NCBI RefSeq assembly: GCF_006345805.1
Contig: NW_021833115.1
Coordinates: 1 to 64,000, forward strand
DNA from: Octopus sinensis
Lineage: Eukaryota
Direction of reading: 5' to 3'
Length of the DNA: 64,000 nt
Made by a program: the position numbers and the translations under genes. Shown piece by piece: positions 49,276 to 64,000 of the stretch (position 1 is the stretch's first letter; every line of letters begins with the position of its first letter). The notes under the pieces were generated by a model. The model was not told the DNA's origin and did no database searches. It saw only the letters and a program-made list of their open reading frames with translations.

Positions 49276-49741
49276 GACCTCGACGGAATTTGAACTCAGA
49301 ACGTCAAGGCATACGAAATACCTATTTCTTTACTACCCACAAGGGGCTAAACATAGAGGGGAACAAACAAGGACAGACATAGGTATTAAGTCGATTACAT
49401 CGACCCCAGTGCGTAACTGGTACTTAATTTATCGACCCCGAAAGGATGAAAGGTAAAGTCGACCTCGGCGGAATTTGAACTCAGAACGTAACGGCAGAGG
49501 AAATACCTATTTCTTTATTACCCACAAGGGGCTAAACATAGAGGGGGACAAACAAGGTCAAACATAGGTATTAAATCGATTACATCGACCCCTGTACTTA
49601 ACTGGTACTTAATTCATCGACCCCGAAAGGATGAAAGGTAAAGTCGACCTCGGCGGAATTTGAACTCAGAACGTAACGGCAGACGAAATACTGCTAAGCA
49701 TTTCGCCCGGCGTGCTAACGATTCTGCCAGCTCGCCGCCTT
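49276..49741 (-). mobile_element. SINE A tandem train (head plus 2 full bodies and 1 partial)
   Basis: Minus-strand junctions aaagaaatag|gtatttc near 49320 and 49505. Confidence 0.9.
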
Positions 49742-50184
49742 CAGCCGAAATCACAGTCACAGACCATTTCAAACAGTAAGATTCGTTAAATTCAGATTAA
49801 GTTAATCCTTCCTTCTTTGCGTAAATCTTAAATTTCTAAAACGCACACTTTATTCATTCATAATCTAATAGAAATCAGCTCTCTGAAATATCCAGACTGC
49901 TACCATGCTCAACCTATTGTTAAAATCACATATATTTCCTCTCTCTCTGTCCCTCTGTCTTTTTACCACCACTCTCTCTATGTCTCTCTCTGGCAGTAAA
50001 AAATCGTCATTGCTTGGCAGTAAAAAATCATCTCTGGCAAAAATCATCATTGCTTGGAAGTGCAATAATTCTTTGCAGGGTTCTTGAAGCATGACCAGGA
50101 AACAAATGTCACCTTAGTCTCTTGATTGTGAACAGCCGACTCTTTCCATCATACCCAGCAAAATAAGCTGTGAGTTTTCATCAC

Positions 50185-50247
<63 letters not shown>

Positions 50248-50251
<4 letters not shown>

Positions 50252-50455
50252 CAGACAAATACATAACAAAAACACCAGGACTTACAAGCACATATAACAT
50301 ACAGAAAATCGCACTACTGGGCACTGCACACATCCTCCGCAGAACATTTTCAATACAGTAACCATCAGAGCATCACAACAAATCACAACACATACCCAAG
50401 GCACACAGAGCTGCGCTCGGTAGGGAAGTGAAAGCATGGTATAAAAATAAAACTA

Positions 50456-50458
<3 letters not shown>
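50248..50458 (+). mobile_element. R4/Dong-type LINE 3' end (family D3)
   Basis: TDKYITKTPGLTSTYNIQKIALLGTAHILRRTFSIQ*; (AAT)n on both sides. Confidence 0.8.
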
Positions 50459-50490
<32 letters not shown>

Positions 50491-50519
50491 TGATGATGAT
50501 GATGATGATAATAATAATG

Positions 50520-50604
<85 letters not shown>

Positions 50605-50701
50605 TGATGATGATGATGATGATGATGATAATAATAATGATAATAATAATAATATAATAATAATATTAATAATAATAATAATAATAATAGTAATAATAAT
50701 C

Positions 50702-60163
<9,462 letters not shown>

Positions 60164-60463
60164 AATAATACCATAATAATAATATAATTATATAATAATA
60201 ATAATCATACTAATAACAATAATTAATAATACAACAATAATAATAATAATGATAATAATAATAATGATAATAATGATAATGATAATAATACAACTACAAT
60301 ATTAAATAACTAATTATAATGCTAAAATAAATAATAACAACAATAATATAATGATGATAATGATAATAATAACAACAACAACAATATTAATAATAATGAT
60401 AATAATAATAATTAATAATGATAATAATAATAATAACAACAACAACAACAATATTATAATATA

Positions 60464-60495
<32 letters not shown>

Positions 60496-60525
60496 TAATA
60501 AAATAATAATAATAATAATGATAAT

Positions 60526-61075
60526 CCCTGTGCAGTACCAGGCAGTGGCTCTCATGGCTTCTGATCTAACTGATTGGAAGTGTTATATCATTACATTGGT
60601 TTGTCTTGGTATAAAAGAGTGCTACAGCAAATATTCTGCTCAATACCACAGATTTGCTTGTCATTGTTTGACCTTAACCAGTTGAGCATGTCCCTTAGTG
60701 GCTGACGATATGTGCATCTCTGTTCACGAGCAGAAGTAGTAGGGGAGCATCATAGCCATGTGTTGAGAGGGATTGTTTGGGGTTTGAATAATTCACCTCT
60801 GGAAACATGGGTGGTTCTTTCAACATCCTTAAACATCCCTTATTCAGGGACCTTTTGAGCGGGATGGGCTACTCAACCTGAAGAAAATACTAACTGGGCC
60901 ACACCTGCAAGATCATGTGCTGTTTATCTTGATATGAGATCACCATGTCGCGCACATATGGTTGTGATGCATGTGCCTGGTGTACCCTTATCAGACGGGT
61001 AGTCATGATGGGTATATTGGGCTTCGTATATTTTACCCCAGTGTCATTTTGATGGCATGAACTGCTCTCTCACTC
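60526..61075 (+). mobile_element. Element E, near full length
   Basis: ccctgtgcagtaccaggcagtgg ... ctctctcactc|aataa. Confidence 0.9.
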
Positions 61076-61196
61076 AATAACAATAATAATAATAAGAAGA
61101 ATGATGATAATAATGATAATAATAATAATAATGATAATAAAGATATTAATGATAATAATAACAACAACAACAATAATAATAATAATAATAATAATA

Positions 61197-61237
<41 letters not shown>

Positions 61238-61240
<3 letters not shown>

Positions 61241-63863
61241 TCTGGGCAGAAGAAAAAACACACAACGAAAAGGCCCCCCTGGATTGACAGAATATCTACA
61301 GAACTGGACCCCTTAGAAGAGCAAAAGGGGGAGGGTGTCAAGGTAGAAGATATAAGATCTGCTCTCAGGAGGTCAAGCAAATGGAAGTCTCCAGGAAAGG
61401 ATAAAATTCCTAACTTCTGCTGAATGCCTTCCCAGAGAGCCATGAACTGCTAACAGAACTGTACAATGATGTTTTGCAACACCCTAGTAGGATGCCTCCT
61501 TGGCTAGTTAATGGGTTAACATTCCTGCTTCCAAAAAGTGAAGAAACAAATGAACCAAAAACTATAGACCCATAACCTGCTTAACAACTATGTACAAAAC
61601 ACTAACATCTGTCCTGACGGAATATACCTATAGTTTTTTAACAGACAGCAGCATATTCCCTAATGAACAGAAAGGATGTAAACGTGGATCCTACGGCTGT
61701 AAAGACCAACTACTCATCAATAAGATGATCTTAGAAGATTGTCACAAACGACACAAAAACTTATCAATAGCCTGGATAGACTATAAAAAGGCTTTTGATA
61801 GCCTACCACATAGCTGGATTAGGAAATGCCTTGAAATGTATAAGATAGCACCAACTCTGCGAAACTTCTTGACTGTAAGTATGAGATCATGGAGAACCAC
61901 ACTAACTCTGAACAGTGACAGTGAATCCCTAAATGCTGGTGATGTAAAAATTTCGTGTGGCATTTTCCAGGGTGACTCACTGTCACCACTCCTCTTTTGT
62001 TTATCCTTAATACCTCTCTCAAAGCTGCTCAATGACGCGCAGTACGGGTATATAAAATGTTTGATAAAAATATAAATCATCTCGTTTACATGGATGATTT
62101 AAAGCTTTTTGCAAAAAATGATCAACAACTCAAGGGCTTACTAGCGATAGTCAAACAATTCAGTGACGACATCAGAATGCAATTCGGCCTCGATAAATGT
62201 GCAAAGGCTACCTTTATCAAAGGAAAAATGACAGAAACATCTAACGTTAACCTTGACCAACAGAATGTCATAAAAAAACTAGACCCAGCGGAGAGCTACA
62301 AGTACCTAGGGGTAATTGAAGGGAACGGAATAAGGCATTCAGAGATGAAGGAAAGGATCAGGAGAGAATGCTATCGAAGAGTGAGAGCAATACTCAAGAC
62401 AGAGCTGAATGCAAGAAACAGGATCGAAGCAATCAATGCATTAGCTATACCAGTCGTGACTTACAGTTTCAATATTGTTAACTGGTCAATTACTGAAATA
62501 TGTCAGCTCGACAGAAAAATAAGGAAACTGTTGACAATGCATAGAATGCACCACCCTAAGGCAGATACAGAACGACTCTATCTGCCAAGAAAAGAGGGAG
62601 GCCGTGTGGTCTTTTGCAACTGGCAATAACAATGAAGATTGCTACAATTGGCCTAGACACCTACCTGAAAAACTCTGAGGACTGGATGTTAAAACTTGTC
62701 TCAAAACATGAAAACAAGAAAGCATCATACTCAGTCACAAAACAGGCAAAGGAATATCTAAGTGAATTCCGAATACAACCAATTTCGGAATTAGAGATAG
62801 ACATACAAGAAACAAGCACAGAAAAAGCTAGGCGCATGAAAACCCGTGCCAAAACTGCGGCCTTAGATATTCTGAATAATAAATGGCAAGAAAAACTCTC
62901 TACGGCAAATACCCAAAGAGAGCGAATAATGCAGATATCGACAAAGCCCTGACCCATCAATGGCTAATGGCCTCTGGCTTAAAATCTGAAACAGAGGGGT
63001 TTATCATAGCAGCTCAAGATCAATGCCTACCAACAAGAAACTACCAGGCCAACATATTAAAGATCAGAAGCAGTCCAACGTGTCGTGTATGCAAGCACAA
63101 AATGAAACCATTGACCATGTGGTCTCCAAGTGCAGTCTTCTAGCGCCTACAGAGTATCTCAACAGGCACGATAGAGCTGCACAATATATTCACTGGGTAA
63201 TCTGTAAAAACCTGGATTTGCCCCATGAAAAAAACTGGTGGGAACACAAACCACCCCCAGTGCTTGAAAATGACCACATCTCACTCCTCTGGAACTTCAC
63301 CATTCAAACTGACAGGAAGATAGATGCAAATAGGCCAGACATCATATTGAAAGACTTCAAACAAAGAACATGCCTCCTCATTGATATGACTGTCCCAATC
63401 GATATAAACGTATCTGTCAGGACCTACCAAAAACTGAGCAAATATAAAGATCTTGAAATAGAAATCAGCAAAATGTGGAAGCTGAAGACTAAAACAATAC
63501 CTGTTGTCATAGGTGCCCTGGGAATGATAGCAAAAGGGGCTGATAGCTACCTAACTCAGATACCAGGAAACCCAAAAATGGCAGAAGTTCAAAAGATAGT
63601 GCTCATGGGAACTGCTCATATCCTACGCAAAATACTCTCTATGTAACCTCAAGGTTAAAACAACCATAATTTTCGGTTTAAAAAAAAAAAAAAAAAAAAA
63701 ACTTTTTTTTTTTAGACATTCATTAGTACAACATCCCCACCCCCCCAAATATATGGCACACTAGGCATAACAACAACATGAACTTCCAACCCTGTTGTCT
63801 CTTGAGGTCTCTGGGTGAGACTTGGAGCCAACTTGTACAAATATAAAGCAAAAGTCAAACATA

Positions 63864-63864
<1 letters not shown>
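61238..63864 (+). mobile_element. 5'-truncated R4/Dong-clade non-LTR retrotransposon (RT, CCHC, restriction-like endonuclease; family D5)
   Basis: WKSPG, NYRPITCL, EQKGC, WIDYKKAFDS, GIFQGDSLSPLLF, YMDD, GLDKC, CRVC..ETIDHVVSKC, RHD, RPDIIL..IDM..KLSKY; stop at 63646; (AAT)n on both sides; several frameshifts. Confidence 0.92.
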
Positions 63865-63904
<40 letters not shown>

Positions 63905-64000
63905 TGGCTCGATCTAATGGACTGACCTCCTCGTTTCAAATTTCAGGCTTTGTGCCTATAGTAGAAAGGATTATTATTATTGTTGTTGTTGTTATTGTTT

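Overview
Eukaryotic, AT-rich, repeat-saturated DNA, probably from an octopus (coleoid cephalopod). The assignment is inferred from the SINE families and microsatellite density. No complete host gene is supported; only one weak candidate terminal exon (12232-12518, minus) was found. Nearly all ORF-track entries are microsatellite or SINE translations. Contents: (i) three tRNA-headed SINE families, called A, B and C here; (ii) a near full-length Tx1-clade L1 LINE (31025-35142) inserted into a SINE A copy with a 16-bp TSD. It shares its 3' tail with SINE A, and the same site is the junction of every SINE A tandem train, which suggests a self-targeting LINE/SINE system; (iii) a non-autonomous Gypsy-type LTR element (20076-24101, minus; tRNA-Leu PBS, PPT); (iv) Penelope-like, mariner and RTE fossils; (v) six minimal hammerhead-ribozyme motifs with palindromic stem III. 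One has an intact core and stems (26103-26187) and one lies in a 360-bp retrozyme-like tandem/inverted unit; (vi) a 22-kb (AAT)n landing zone (41.3-63.9 kb) holding 3' ends of several R4/Dong-type LINE families, five copies of a 555-bp non-coding AAT-targeting element, and a ten-unit, ~1-kb-period macrosatellite built from a fossil Dong 3' end. Family names, alignments and RNA folds were judged by eye; no database search or folding was run. Some indels may be long-read assembly errors.
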